A DNA stretch of 49,165 nucleotides, filler included, from Catajapyx aquilonaris (Eukaryota), in NCBI GenBank assembly GCA_000934665.2. It is 3 parts of 3 records of this genome, joined end to end, with 100 filler letters (N's around TTAATTAATTAA, not from the genome) between each part and the next. Parts side by side here need not be neighbours in the genome. Positions count along the whole stretch, not along the records: positions 32,358 to 49,165 come from JYFJ02007326.1; 2 more parts are not named here. One strand, written 5' to 3'. Below, one piece after another: positions 47,903-49,165 of this stretch (within the stretch, counting starts at the first letter, position 1; each line of letters starts with the position of its first letter). The notes under the pieces were generated by a model, which ran no database searches, was not told the origin of the DNA, and saw only the letters and a list, made by a program, of their open reading frames with translations. The position numbers and the translations under genes were made by a program.

Positions 47903-47909
47903 TAATTTT

Positions 47910-48029
47910 ACCCTGTAATGCCTCTTGGGTCATATCTGGCACACCATTTAGTGCAATTTTTATATTTCCTGTAAGTGCCAAATGTCACTAAATGGTCTGC
48001 CAAATATGACCCAAGGGGCATTACAGGGA
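47910..48029. repeat. Hairpin/mini-MITE
   Basis: CCCTGTAATGCCTCTTGGGTCATAT ... ATATGACCCAAGGGGCATTACAGGG. Confidence 0.75.
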
Positions 48030-48249
48030 TAAATATCACATGAAAAGAAATTATAACAAGGTTTTTTTTTTGGCACACGAATATTTTTTAAGAATATACT
48101 GAAACACAAATTATCACATTCTTTTACTTATTAGCACACTAATAAGGCTAAAAAATGTAACCTAAATCAAATATTTATGGTGATTGTTGAATTTTGTGGC
48201 GCCCTTTCTTTATACAATAAGTACATGCTGGAGAGAGTGTCAGTATCGA

Positions 48250-48325
48250 AGTAGCGCAGTGGTCTAGTGGTTAAGACTCTCTCTTCGTAACCTGAAGGTT
48301 GAAGGATCGAATCCTGAAAGGAAGA
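48250..48325 (+). mobile_element. Degenerate tRNA-like SINE head (a second one at ~48455-48520)
   Basis: A box GTGGTCTAGTGG, B box GGATCGAATCC; no complete cloverleaf. Confidence 0.45.
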
Positions 48326-49165
48326 CGTCGTTTCTTTTTATCGCTATGGACCTTTCCCGCTGTTACTTCATCTCTCATTTCACATTTATTTCTCTTTGAA
48401 GTGCATCTGGTAAATAGGCTAGATCCTTCCAACACTCACACTCTCGTTGCACCAGAGCGTGGCTCTGAGGTAGCGCATCAGACTCTCAATCGGGAGATGT
48501 GGGTTCAAATCCCGTGTCTCCTTGGTTGAGAGTTAAAAAAATAATAATTTGCAGCCGACATCTCTGGCCAAGATGGCGACTGTTTCTTCGCAGTTTCCCC
48601 AACACTTCTTCAGAGGTGTAAGAGGAGCAGCGAAGGGGGGGGGGGAGGGGTGGAGAGGGGGAGGACAGGGGGGGAGGGAGAATTTTTTTTGGAAATTTTT
48701 AAAACACCTGCTTAATGGGGGGCGGTCACTTTTTTCTAAGAAAAAAGTCTTAAATTTAATCATTCAAAAATTGAAGAATTCCGGTTTGTGTGGGCCATCC
48801 CCAGCCCCCACCCTACCACTGCCCAAGTGGGTGCATTTACCTTATACCTGGGAGTTCAATTCTCAAACCTATCAACCCCCAATAATTAGCTCCCAGAAAT
48901 TTAACTATCGTTCCAATAAAATCACAAGCACATGCAAATGATTCGGCACAATTTTTAGGGCATTTCCAATGGTTTGTTGCAGGCTGACCTTTGACCTGAA
49001 AGGCCCTAGTATTAGGTTTTTGGACCGGGGCCAGGCTCGAGCTCGGTCTCCATCTGTTGGATCTCTCGTAATGAGACTGTACACAGTACAGTACATAGAT
49101 ATACAGTATGCCCCTAGCCAAATGTAGCAGTCCCAGTTGGCTAGCTGGTGTCAGTATGAACGTGA

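Overview
Eukaryotic genomic DNA, very probably arthropod/insect (spliced CYP4 gene, DRE motif, mariner/rosa elements, tRNA-SINEs), from a draft scaffold with two N-gaps. Supported genes: a C2H2 zinc-finger gene (plus a duplicated copy of its 5' part), an intronless MATH-BTB (SPOP/roadkill-like) gene, the 3' part of a CYP4 P450, SDHAF1 followed directly by LIPT2, TMEM169 preceded directly by an unknown 244-aa ORF, a 3-exon coiled-coil orphan gene, and the probable first coding exon of a chromodomain protein. There is also a PP1-type phosphatase pseudogene fragment. Introns and intergenic DNA are dense with MITE/foldback elements, Tc1/mariner relics and SINEs. The most notable signals are two apparent bicistronic arrangements. 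In the first, SDHAF1 and LIPT2 are in frame with a 24-nt purine-rich spacer, and both are partners of mitochondrial acyl-ACP. The second is ORF244-TMEM169, with a 26-nt spacer. All family calls are by eye from motifs; no searches were run.
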